From Promethearchaeota archaeon (GTDB lineage: Archaea; Asgardarchaeota; Lokiarchaeia; Sigyniarchaeales; SOKP01): 63,364 nt of DNA. The stretch is from positions 1 to 63,364 of the forward strand of contig JBHLMQ010000007.1 in the NCBI GenBank assembly GCA_048938005.1. The letters are read 5' to 3'. Both the position numbers and the translations under genes were made by a program. Positions 47,971 to 56,985 of the stretch are shown here, piece after piece. Position 1 is the first letter of the stretch; each line of letters starts with the position of its first letter. Below the pieces are notes generated by a model, which was not told the DNA's origin, made no database searches, and saw only the letters and a program-made list of their open reading frames with translations.

Positions 47971-49110
47971 CTAATTGTCACTACTCATTAATATTAATCT
48001 TCCATAATCCAAGTTTAATAATTTTAATTCTTTTTCTGTTAATTTAGTAATTTTTTCATTAATTTTAACTAACTTCTTTCGTAATTCAATTAAAGAATTT
48101 TGAATATTGTCAATAATCCCATCTTCATTAAAGGAAACTTTTTCAATAAATTCTAAATAACTAAATTTTTTGTTCTTACCTGAGTAATTCATTTTCAATT
48201 CTTTTAAACTATTTTCAATTTCTTCGAGTTGGTGCCTATATTTTAATATTGACAATAAGTGAGAATTCCATTGTTTAAAGATGTCATCATTTTTATCAAT
48301 CTTATCAAAATCGAACTTATCAGAAAGTTCCACTTTCTCATCTTTAAGATATTGTATGATATTTTTGCTCTCTTCAATTGCCTTGTTAATTTTATTAATT
48401 GTTAGTTTTGCATTTAATGCAGGATCAAAAATTTTAATGAAACCAGTAATTTTTTCAAGAATTTCATTAAACCTCTGATAAAATCCTTCAATTATTACTT
48501 CAATTTTGATTGCTTGATAAATATTTCCATACTTATCTAAAATATAATAAAAATCATCTGATAATGTATAATCATGTTCACCAATTCCAAGAATTAATGG
48601 ATGAACAACATTACTTTTCTCACATCGTACGCCCTTTAACCTAGTTAGAGCTAAGTTGAAATTTCTTCTCGTTAAAAATTTAAATTTCTTATTTATAATT
48701 AAATATAATGTATCATCCGGAATAGAGATCGTATCTTTTTCAATGGTTATAGTTTCTTCTCCTAACTTTAAAATAAAATCATCATCTTTTTGTTTAAACT
48801 CTCTAATACTCCGAATATTTTTAATTAAGCCTAAATCTATATATATTTCGATAAATTCTTCATCCCAAAATTTCACAAGGTTGTTCTTATAAATTTCATC
48901 TAACATTAGTACTCTCTCATAGGAATCATTAAGATTTTTGATAGATAAATCTTTAAATAAATCATTTCTGATGATATATAAGAAAAGAATTATGTATCTC
49001 ATATCTATATTATCAAGAACGTTATCGATTAAGTTTTTATCATATTCTAACGTTAAATTAATATGTTCCAAGCCTAAAATCCACTCATTTTTTTTAAACT
49101 GCGAAGTCAA
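47971..49110 (-). CDS. Hypothetical protein (winged-helix-like + helical bundle)
   Basis: 379-aa ORF; LTRRNFNLALTRL...HPLI..DYTLSD followed by coiled coils. Confidence 0.65.
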   Translation of the reverse strand: MTSQFKKNEWILGLEHINLTLEYDKNLIDNVLDNIDMRYIILFLYIIRNDLFKDLSIKNLNDSYERVLMLDEIYKNNLVKFWDEEFIEIYIDLGLIKNIRSIREFKQKDDDFILKLGEETITIEKDTISIPDDTLYLIINKKFKFLTRRNFNLALTRLKGVRCEKSNVVHPLILGIGEHDYTLSDDFYYILDKYGNIYQAIKIEVIIEGFYQRFNEILEKITGFIKIFDPALNAKLTINKINKAIEESKNIIQYLKDEKVELSDKFDFDKIDKNDDIFKQWNSHLLSILKYRHQLEEIENSLKELKMNYSGKNKKFSYLEFIEKVSFNEDGIIDNIQNSLIELRKKLVKINEKITKLTEKELKLLNLDYGRLILMSSDN

Positions 49111-49270
49111 TTCAGTTAAAAAGAGTAAATAAAATAATTAATCATTCCTAAAAAATTTTACTAAAATCTATTAACACATTTAGGATAAAAGCAAAAATAT
49201 TTTAGTTTTTATTTCTTTTTATTCTCAATAAAAATATACCAATTTATAAAAAAATAATTAGGTGCTTCTA

Positions 49271-49849
49271 TTGGGAAGGAGAAAACGTAAACAAGTATCC
49301 CCAAAACGGGTAAAAAGGGTTCCAAAGATCTTCACATGCCCAGAGTGCGGTGAGAAAAGCGTAAAAGTGACAGAGCTTAAAAAGAAAGGAGCCTTTGCCA
49401 CCGTTAAATGTGGGAATTGCGGGTTGACAAAAGAAGTACTAGTAAATTCAATTTCAGAACCCGTTGACGCTTTTGGAGATTTCATTGATATCTATTATGC
49501 TGATCAAGAACTACAAAGATTAGAAAGAAGAATAAAAAAATTAAAGGAAGAACATGAATGGGGAGAGCTTGCATTAGCCTACTCTATTTTATCAGATCTA
49601 TGCAAAACAAAGGCTGCGATATTATTAGAGGAGGAAGATGTCAATTTGGATGAAGTTAATGATTGGAAAATGAAAGCTGAAGAATATAAACAACTTGAAA
49701 AAGATACAATCTTAAAATTAGATACAGAAGAATTAGAACGAGGGGTTAAGACTGATGAAGAATCTTTATTTGCTGAAAGTGAGACTAAGATAAAAAAAGA
49801 ACGAAAAATTGAAGATATTTTTGATGATCCTGGGTTTTTAGAGTTTTAA
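49271..49849 (+). CDS. elf1: Transcription elongation factor Elf1 with long C-terminal extension
   Basis: MGRRKRK...FTCPECG...CGNCG...EPVDAFGDFID; TTG start after an AGGTG RBS. Confidence 0.88.
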   Translation: MGRRKRKQVSPKRVKRVPKIFTCPECGEKSVKVTELKKKGAFATVKCGNCGLTKEVLVNSISEPVDAFGDFIDIYYADQELQRLERRIKKLKEEHEWGELALAYSILSDLCKTKAAILLEEEDVNLDEVNDWKMKAEEYKQLEKDTILKLDTEELERGVKTDEESLFAESETKIKKERKIEDIFDDPGFLEF

Positions 49850-50001
49850 TTGTACTAATTTTTAACCAATATAAAATAGTACTTTCTTTTCTACTTCTTA
49901 TTGAAGTTTATTTCAAAATTGAAGATAAATAGATTTAAAATTAAATTGATTTTTAATTAATAGAAAAAAGGGGAATACCATTTAGTGTTTGGCAGTGCAT
50001 C

Positions 50002-50463
50002 TTAACCAGATTGGCTTTTACGCTTAGCAAACAATTGTTTAAGTTCCCCCATTATTGCCCCTCTTAGAGATACAGGACTTGTAGGACGATTCGACGCAGG
50101 AGTGGGACCTGGCCCTCGTGGAGCGCCTGGGGGACCTCCAGGTGGCGGAGGTGGACCTCCAGGAGGACCGCCAGGGGGACCTCCGAGTGCACGCGCTGGA
50201 GTGGGGGTTACTGTTGCTGGAGCTGCTGTTCCAGGAGCGCCTCCAGATCTTACAGATGAAATTTGATTATTAAGGGAATTAATTTGGTTTTGTAAATTTG
50301 ATACTTTCTCGTTTACCGCGCTAAGTGATTGATCAACTAAATCCGGTATACGTAAGACAATTGACATTATCTTTTCAATGATATCGCCAAAGGCATTTAA
50401 TTTCTCTTCCAATGGCGCTTTTCGAGTACTATCTAAGAAATCTGCAAATTCTTCGGCACACAT
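50002..50463 (-). CDS. Coiled-coil + polyproline + WH2-like helix protein
   Basis: GGPPGGPPGGPPPPPGGPPG; C-terminal SLRGAIMGELKQLF. Confidence 0.6.
   Translation of the reverse strand: MCAEEFADFLDSTRKAPLEEKLNAFGDIIEKIMSIVLRIPDLVDQSLSAVNEKVSNLQNQINSLNNQISSVRSGGAPGTAAPATVTPTPARALGGPPGGPPGGPPPPPGGPPGAPRGPGPTPASNRPTSPVSLRGAIMGELKQLFAKRKSQSG
50125..50184 (-). repeat. Coding GGPP/polyproline repeat
   Basis: GC-rich 60 nt encoding GGPPGGPPGGPPPPPGGPPG with varied codons. Confidence 0.85.
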
Positions 50464-50590
50464 TTTAAATCTTTATATCTATTATTTTTTTATATTTTCT
50501 AATAATTTAATGGATTTTTGTTTAATAAATTTAAGTCTAAGCTTAATTATTTTTTGTAAAAAAATATAAAAAATGAAAGAAAAGTTTTAT

Positions 50591-51214
50591 TTAGCTTAGT
50601 TCTGTTACAGTATCTTTTAATTTAATCCATAGGGAATTAATTTCATTTCTTACTTCAATAAATTGATGTATTTTTTTAAGGAATATATCTCGGGCTCTAT
50701 CAAAATCTCTTTGAACATCATTTAATTGTTGGTCGAGAATGTTTAATTTATCGCCTTCAATTAATTTATTCTTAGCTTTTTCGACATCTAATGCTTTTTT
50801 TATTACTATAGATCTTCTATTAGCAACATCAGCTAATGCATCGACAAATTCTTCCTTTTTTTGAACAAAATATTCTTTTTGTACAGCCAAATCTTTAATT
50901 GCATTTAAATATTTATTATTAGCTTTTATATAATCATCATTTTTATTAATTATTTCTTTATACAGGTTTACTTCTTCATCTTTAATATTAGATCTATGTT
51001 CTCGCGCAAGAGTTTGCATTTGTTTTAACACATCTCGAAAAGTCCGATTTAACATATCCCTAGTATTATTTACATTCATAATATTATCCGCGTATTTTTT
51101 TTGGGAACTTATCAGTGCGTTTTGGGTCCTCGCCAGTTTCTTTAATTGGGAGACTAATTCTTTTTCCATTTTAGCGAGTTCTAATTCATCCTCATGAGTT
51201 ATAATTGGACTCAT
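50591..51214 (-). CDS. All-helical coiled-coil protein, BAR-domain-like
   Basis: 207 aa of long heptad helices; C-terminal DKLNILDQQL..VQRDFDR...KIHQFIEVR recalls SNX/Vps5 BAR helix 3. Confidence 0.45.
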   Translation of the reverse strand: MSPIITHEDELELAKMEKELVSQLKKLARTQNALISSQKKYADNIMNVNNTRDMLNRTFRDVLKQMQTLAREHRSNIKDEEVNLYKEIINKNDDYIKANNKYLNAIKDLAVQKEYFVQKKEEFVDALADVANRRSIVIKKALDVEKAKNKLIEGDKLNILDQQLNDVQRDFDRARDIFLKKIHQFIEVRNEINSLWIKLKDTVTELS

Positions 51215-51308
51215 ATCAAACCATACTCTTTAACTTTTTAAAGTAATTTGAGAAATATCTTATATGATTTACTTATTTTGATTAATATAATTATTTTTAT
51301 ATTTAAGT

Positions 51309-52343
51309 TTATATTGAAAAAGATGCTGTTAGAATATTATCTTTATAATTGGCTTTAATAATTCTTACTCTAATTTCTTTTCCTATTAATTTTTCAGGAT
51401 AATTGATATGTTTATTTAAGATTACTTTTATACCAAAATTATCATTTAATTTACCAATATATTCTCTTTTCCATCGACCTTGAGAGATAAGTTTTAATTT
51501 AACTTGATCATTTTTTTTTAAATTCAGGGATGCTACAGTTTTTCTTTTGTGAATACCAAAGTCATGTGGTCCCAATTTTAATTTAATATTGTATTTTTTT
51601 TCAAGAATAGATAACTGGCTATAGAAATAACCCCAACTTTTTGGTCTAATCTTTTTCAATCTTCTCCCTTGTTTATATATCAAATATTTTTGAATACCGA
51701 TTTGAATTTTCTTTTCAGAATAACCCTTTTTTCTTAATGAAAGGACATAGTTAATGATATCTTCAATATCTTTATCATTTTCTCCTGGAAACCAGACAGG
51801 GGCAATCAATATTTCAATTTTTGTTTTTAACAAAAGTGATATATTGTTCATTAGAGTTTCTACATCGTAATTTTTACAATCACATAAGAAATTAGCCTTT
51901 TCTTGATTTAACGAATTTAAACTGATATTAATTCTTGTTATTTTAGATTGTTCCAATCTTTTAATTATTTCTTCATTAAGTAATAATCCATTTGTTTGTA
52001 TTGATATAATTTCAATTCCGTCTATTTTCCATAGTTCCTTAATTAATTCAAATAATTTTGGATAAAGTAAGGTTTCTCCATATGGAGCAAAATGAATTTC
52101 AATTTTGTAGTGTCCCTTGATTTCAATGATTTCTATTAATTTCTTAAGTAAGAAGTATGGATCAACAAGAAAGTTATTATCGTAATCACCAGCACTCACA
52201 AAACAATATTTACATTTCAAATTACACAAAGTTAGAGGTTTTAATTCGATAACATTTGTTCCTCTGTCAATAACACCGATAAAATCTATACCATATAAGG
52301 GAATTTCTGATTTTTCATCCACATAAATAATATTATTGACCAT
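51309..52343 (-). CDS. Radical SAM protein with C-terminal TRAM-like domain
   Basis: IPLYG..FIGVIDRGTNVIE, CNLKCKYC, QTNG. Confidence 0.85.
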   Translation of the reverse strand: MVNNIIYVDEKSEIPLYGIDFIGVIDRGTNVIELKPLTLCNLKCKYCFVSAGDYDNNFLVDPYFLLKKLIEIIEIKGHYKIEIHFAPYGETLLYPKLFELIKELWKIDGIEIISIQTNGLLLNEEIIKRLEQSKITRINISLNSLNQEKANFLCDCKNYDVETLMNNISLLLKTKIEILIAPVWFPGENDKDIEDIINYVLSLRKKGYSEKKIQIGIQKYLIYKQGRRLKKIRPKSWGYFYSQLSILEKKYNIKLKLGPHDFGIHKRKTVASLNLKKNDQVKLKLISQGRWKREYIGKLNDNFGIKVILNKHINYPEKLIGKEIRVRIIKANYKDNILTASFSI

Positions 52344-52352
52344 AATTATTTC

Positions 52353-53447
52353 TCATAGTTTATATCGTAAAATTCCTATTATTGAACCAATATCTACTAA
52401 TTGTTCTCCTGTAATATTCTCTGTACTCATTATGTTTATTTCTCCACCAGACTTCTCAACATTTGTTATAATTTCCTCAATTTTTAACTTTTTTTCTTTT
52501 GAGGCTCCTCTAATTAAAACATCTGCAATGAATAGTTGTTTGACTGCACCTTTTTCAGAAGCTTTAGACACTTCATCAAAACCAATAACAATAAGATCAG
52601 CATCATTGGCAAACAATGTCATTATATTTTCGATTTTCTCAGTTTCTTTTAGAACTTTAATTTTATTTTTAAGATTAGCTAACTTTTTTGATCTTAAAGT
52701 TTCTCTAATTGCACTTTCAGTGCCAGAACTTGCATGGCAAGTTTCAATATTGCCTCTGAAAGCAAAATTAGCAGTTTTTCGAAGAAAATTTATGAAATTA
52801 TTTTTAGTATTTCCAGGACCGCAAAACACCAATAAATTTATATCAATATTTTTAATATTTTCCATAATTACTTTTTGTATCTCTCCAAAGAACTCTTCCA
52901 AGGCTTTATTTCGATAAGTTTGTTTATATCTTTTACCAGGTATATTTTTTTTAATAGTGGCAATTCTATTATGGCTAAAATTTGTAATAAGTGCTAATGT
53001 TGCTAGCCCTGTTTCAATTGCAGTAATTAATATAATAAAGTTAGATTCGAATTTTGAGATCTCTTTTAATCGCTTTAATTCGTGTTTTAACCAGTGTTCT
53101 TTAATAATTGTCAATTTTTGAGATACTTCTATGTTAAACGTGTGGTAAGTTCCAAAGCTGACAAAATCTTCAGGACCTTCTAAAATTTTACCTTTTATTC
53201 TTAATCGATTTGAAAATTCATGAAAGGAGACAGTTTCAACTTTTAATTTTAATCTCATTAATTTACGTTCACCTTTAGTTCCCTCTTTAAGAACAACTCG
53301 TCTATGAGTTAGAGCAGTAACTTCGTCATCTTTATTAATAACATTATAAAGAATCCACAAATCGTAAAGATTATCAGTCTTAACTGTAACCTCTTCATTT
53401 TTTTGATTAATATCCAGAATTTTCAAATCCTTAAACAGACTCCTCAA
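52353..53447 (-). CDS. pelA: Pelota (Dom34) ribosome rescue factor
   Basis: DLWILYNVI, FHEFSNRLRIKG, GTYHT, IPGK, GPG, GEQL..IGSIIGILRY; start may be the TTG at 53426. Confidence 0.94.
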   Translation of the reverse strand: MRSLFKDLKILDINQKNEEVTVKTDNLYDLWILYNVINKDDEVTALTHRRVVLKEGTKGERKLMRLKLKVETVSFHEFSNRLRIKGKILEGPEDFVSFGTYHTFNIEVSQKLTIIKEHWLKHELKRLKEISKFESNFIILITAIETGLATLALITNFSHNRIATIKKNIPGKRYKQTYRNKALEEFFGEIQKVIMENIKNIDINLLVFCGPGNTKNNFINFLRKTANFAFRGNIETCHASSGTESAIRETLRSKKLANLKNKIKVLKETEKIENIMTLFANDADLIVIGFDEVSKASEKGAVKQLFIADVLIRGASKEKKLKIEEIITNVEKSGGEINIMSTENITGEQLVDIGSIIGILRYKL

Positions 53448-53578
53448 AAATTATTGTTATTTAAAATAATTTAAAATTAAAGAAAAGCTTAATTTAATTC
53501 AGCCTGAATATAAAGCTAAGTAAAAATAAAATAAATAAAAAAAGATAAAAATTAACTCAAATAAAAATGTATAACTTG

Positions 53579-53731
53579 TTATTTTTCTCCTAAAGCTTCT
53601 TTTACTTTTTCTAGTTCTTCCATCCGTTTCTTTTTCTCTTCTTCTCGTCTTTTTAGCTCTGCTTCATCAACTTTTTGGAGTGTCACACCTTTTTTTATTT
53701 CCTCTTGAAGTTCCTTATCTACTGGAGCCAT
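53579..53731 (-). CDS. 50-aa WH2-motif microprotein, not in ORF track
   Basis: MAPVDKELQEEIKKGVTLQKVDEAELKRREEEKKKRMEELEKVKEALGEK; AGGTG RBS upstream. Confidence 0.75.
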   Translation of the reverse strand: MAPVDKELQEEIKKGVTLQKVDEAELKRREEEKKKRMEELEKVKEALGEK

Positions 53732-53817
53732 TTTTTATCAACACCTTTTATTTTGAATTGATCAAAAATAATCAAATTGATATTTACAGATATTATAATA
53801 GAATTTATTTATAAGTT

Positions 53818-54270
53818 TTAGTTTATAAAGAGTCTATATAAATAAGCACTTTCTCCAGATTGATAATAATTTTCCAAAATCGTTGGATCTCTTTTGAAAT
53901 TAAATTTTTCGTATAATTTAATGGCAGTGGAATTACTTAATTGGACATTTAAGACAATTTTTTTAATTTCCATTGACTTTTTTACTTCATCTATAGCTTT
54001 TTGAAGTAGATATGAACCATATCCTTTATTTTGAAATTTTGGTTTAATGAGAAAATTAATAATATTGACTCTATCCTTTTTATCTTTTATACCTATTATA
54101 AAGCCGATTAATTGGTTCCTAATTTTACCAATTTCCAACTTTAAAAAGAAATTATTGTTTTGTATTAATTTTTCAATTAAATTTTTTGAAAATGCATTCT
54201 TTTTAAAAATTTTTTGCTCGAGATTTACAATTTTATTTAGATCTCTTGGATTTACATTTTTAATTTTCAT
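53818..54270 (-). CDS. RimI-like GNAT N-acetyltransferase
   Basis: FQNKGYGSYLL, LNV..SN..AIKLYEKFNF, NYY..GESA. Confidence 0.88.
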   Translation of the reverse strand: MKIKNVNPRDLNKIVNLEQKIFKKNAFSKNLIEKLIQNNNFFLKLEIGKIRNQLIGFIIGIKDKKDRVNIINFLIKPKFQNKGYGSYLLQKAIDEVKKSMEIKKIVLNVQLSNSTAIKLYEKFNFKRDPTILENYYQSGESAYLYRLFIN

Positions 54271-55411
54271 TAAAACCGTATTCTTTTTTAAATACTTTAA
54301 TGGGAGTTTTTTCCGTTATTTGTTGATATTTTAATAGTCTAAAAGGTGTTGTTTCGATAATATAACCTTTTAAGTCATAAGCTTCTAATAATGATATAAT
54401 TTGTTCTTCAATTACAATATAAAATGGTATTTTAATTTTTATTTTATCGTATGAGATAAATTTTTCATGAACTTTTAAATCAGAGACTAAGATGTTATAA
54501 AATTTATCCAGTTCTTTTGTTTCCCCCTCTATTTGTGCGAATACTAAAAGTCCTTCTTCAGTAATTACTTCAAATGGCAATTTAATATTTTTAGCTCTAC
54601 GGATATATCTATTTTTTAACTGGTAGTAATCTTTAGCTTTTATGGAACAAAAATGCATCTTTATAGATGTTTTGGGACCTAGTTTTTGAATTAAATCAAT
54701 GGCACTTTCTTGACTATTGACTACAGAGGCAATTGAACCTTTTTTCAATTGGAAACCCCTTTCCTTTAAAGATTGACTATTAGGAAAGCAATATTCAAAT
54801 TCATTTAAATTAACAAAATCTGCGCCTATGGTGTTTAAATAAATGATTAATTCCTCGAGATTTTCTAAATATTGTTTTTCTGGAATAACTGGTACTTCTA
54901 CCCCTACTAACATTTTTTTATTTAGAGCTTTTTCAATATGTCCCCAATTTTCTTTAGCAGGATGGAATCTTATTTCATCTAATCCCACAGTAGATAATAT
55001 ATCAGCTTTAGTTTCATTAAAATTGATGCCGTTTGTATACAAATGAATATGAAACCTTTTTCCTTTTTTTAATTTAACATACTTAATATAATCAATTGTT
55101 TTTTCAAAATTTGTTTCTAAAAGTGGTTCTCCCCCGGTAATACTCATTCCATTGGCGTCAATAATATTAATTTCTTGAAGCAGTTCTTCTTTAGTATTAA
55201 TTTCTATTTCATTAGCAAATGTAAGATTTTTTCCTCTCCTTTCTTCTGAAATTGGACAATACCAAGAACAATGATCAGGTTTTTGGCAGATCCCATTCAA
55301 AAATAAAACTAGTTTACTTCCCTTTAAGCAATATTTACACCCTTTAGGTATACTCCTTCCTTTTATATAATAAGTTTCTTCCTCTGATTTAGTTAAAGTT
55401 ATTTTTCTCAT
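54260..55411 (-). CDS. Radical SAM protein (conserved archaeal family)
   Basis: PKGCKYC..G.KLVLF, CQKPDHCSWYCP, SITGGEP, HLYTNG, LDEIRFHP. Confidence 0.85.
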   Translation of the reverse strand: MRKITLTKSEEETYYIKGRSIPKGCKYCLKGSKLVLFLNGICQKPDHCSWYCPISEERRGKNLTFANEIEINTKEELLQEINIIDANGMSITGGEPLLETNFEKTIDYIKYVKLKKGKRFHIHLYTNGINFNETKADILSTVGLDEIRFHPAKENWGHIEKALNKKMLVGVEVPVIPEKQYLENLEELIIYLNTIGADFVNLNEFEYCFPNSQSLKERGFQLKKGSIASVVNSQESAIDLIQKLGPKTSIKMHFCSIKAKDYYQLKNRYIRRAKNIKLPFEVITEEGLLVFAQIEGETKELDKFYNILVSDLKVHEKFISYDKIKIKIPFYIVIEEQIISLLEAYDLKGYIIETTPFRLLKYQQITEKTPIKVFKKEYGFNEN

Positions 55412-56121
55412 TTTTTAAATAATTTCTTTCTTATAATAGATTTCTTATTAGCCAATTTTTTTAAAACATCTTCAGTGGTTTCGTCAATCTGGAATTGCCT
55501 TTTTAAAAACACTCCAGTCCTTCCATGTTTTTCTCTTCTTAGGAGCACTTTTTTTCGCTCATTTAAAGTACTAAGACTAATTCCAACTTCTTTTGCAGCA
55601 CTAGTCTCATTTCCAATAATTGAGATTTCTTGGTGTCCTTTGGGATCTGGTTTGATTAATACCAATCTCTTATCTATACCAGCTACTCGTAAATCTGATT
55701 TCAATTGGTTAAGGCTAATTTTTCCTCCAAAATCATAAAATTCTAAAAGCTTTTTATCTAATTTTGTTAATGGTATAGTAATACTCTCTAGTTCACTTAG
55801 ATGGATATAAAGTTTTATTGCATCTAGAGGAGTTGCCATAATGATTTCTCTAAAATAATTTTCAAAACCATGTTTATTTAAAATGAGTTCAATCTGAAAT
55901 GATGGTACTTGTTGAATAAAGATAATATCAATATCACTGGTTTCATGGACGTCTCCACGGGCGACACTTCCGTGAATATATGGGTTGAAGCCTTCTTTTG
56001 TGAATATTTCTAGTAATTTAATAGCATTATTTCTTTTATCTTTTAATAACGTCCAATTTTTCTTAGAATAAATTATTTCTTCATAATGATCTCTGAAAAT
56101 TTTCTCTTTTTTCATGAACAA
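55408..56121 (-). CDS. Nucleotidyltransferase-domain protein
   Basis: HGSVARGDVHETSDIDI, EFYDFGG, RVAGIDKRL, GRTGVF. Confidence 0.85.
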   Translation of the reverse strand: MFMKKEKIFRDHYEEIIYSKKNWTLLKDKRNNAIKLLEIFTKEGFNPYIHGSVARGDVHETSDIDIIFIQQVPSFQIELILNKHGFENYFREIIMATPLDAIKLYIHLSELESITIPLTKLDKKLLEFYDFGGKISLNQLKSDLRVAGIDKRLVLIKPDPKGHQEISIIGNETSAAKEVGISLSTLNERKKVLLRREKHGRTGVFLKRQFQIDETTEDVLKKLANKKSIIRKKLFKK

Positions 56122-56136
56122 AATTTATTCTTTCGA

Positions 56137-56961
56137 TTATAATAATTTATTTTCAATAATATCAATAATTAATCCCAAAACAATAGTCTCATAATATTTA
56201 AATGAATTTTTAGCTTTATCTAAAGTGTATATTTTTAATCGTATTAAGTCTTGAGATGGAAATCTTGCTATTAAACATTTTAAGTTTCTATTAGGTAAAA
56301 TAAATATAGATCTTTTACTAAAAATTGTATACAAATAATTATCTAGAAGATTATTATCAATAATATTCTGATAATTTATCAAATTTTCTTTATTTACTTT
56401 TGGATTAATTAAAATGATTCCCTTATTTTTATTATCTGTTAATATTGCTCTAAAGTCAAAAGAAGATTTTAAATGATTCAATAAAATATAATTTTGATTT
56501 TTTACTAGATCCTTTTTACTAAAATAGTTTATTATTGCAGAAACAAGAGATTTTAGCTCACTAATTACATGTTTTTCAAATATCTTGGAATCTGGATATT
56601 GCTTAATTTTAATTCGTACATTAATAATGTTGAAACCATAACTACATAGACTCTCAGTCAAAATTCTGAGTAGTTTTCTCTTATAAGTAGTTCTTAAGAC
56701 TAAAATTAAAGGAGATTTACTATGAAGTTCTTTTAAAGAGGAATTTCTAGTTAGGCTCCATTTTTTTGTTCGAAAAAATTGATTTCCAACAATCTTATTT
56801 GCATTTGGGAAGTCCAAATGTTCCAAAGCCTCATTGGAAAAAGTCATTCGCCATCTATGAGTTGATTTGAAAATTTTTACACCAACTAATAATAGAAATA
56901 GTAAAATAATTATAATCGTATCAACAAAAACCCAATCAATTTGAAAAATATCGTTCATCAT
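56137..56961 (-). CDS. Hypothetical protein with N-terminal TM anchor (possibly a degenerate alpha/beta hydrolase)
   Basis: One TM helix, then PLILVL...LCSYGFNIINV...GIILINP. Confidence 0.55.
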   Translation of the reverse strand: MMNDIFQIDWVFVDTIIIILLFLLLVGVKIFKSTHRWRMTFSNEALEHLDFPNANKIVGNQFFRTKKWSLTRNSSLKELHSKSPLILVLRTTYKRKLLRILTESLCSYGFNIINVRIKIKQYPDSKIFEKHVISELKSLVSAIINYFSKKDLVKNQNYILLNHLKSSFDFRAILTDNKNKGIILINPKVNKENLINYQNIIDNNLLDNYLYTIFSKRSIFILPNRNLKCLIARFPSQDLIRLKIYTLDKAKNSFKYYETIVLGLIIDIIENKLL

Positions 56962-56985
56962 GGCCTTATAAGAGTAAATCCAATT

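Noticed and set aside
52336-52917. 193-aa plus-strand ORF, and the many similar antisense ORFs in the track
   Set aside because: Antisense shadows of well-supported genes (here pelota) with no motifs of their own.
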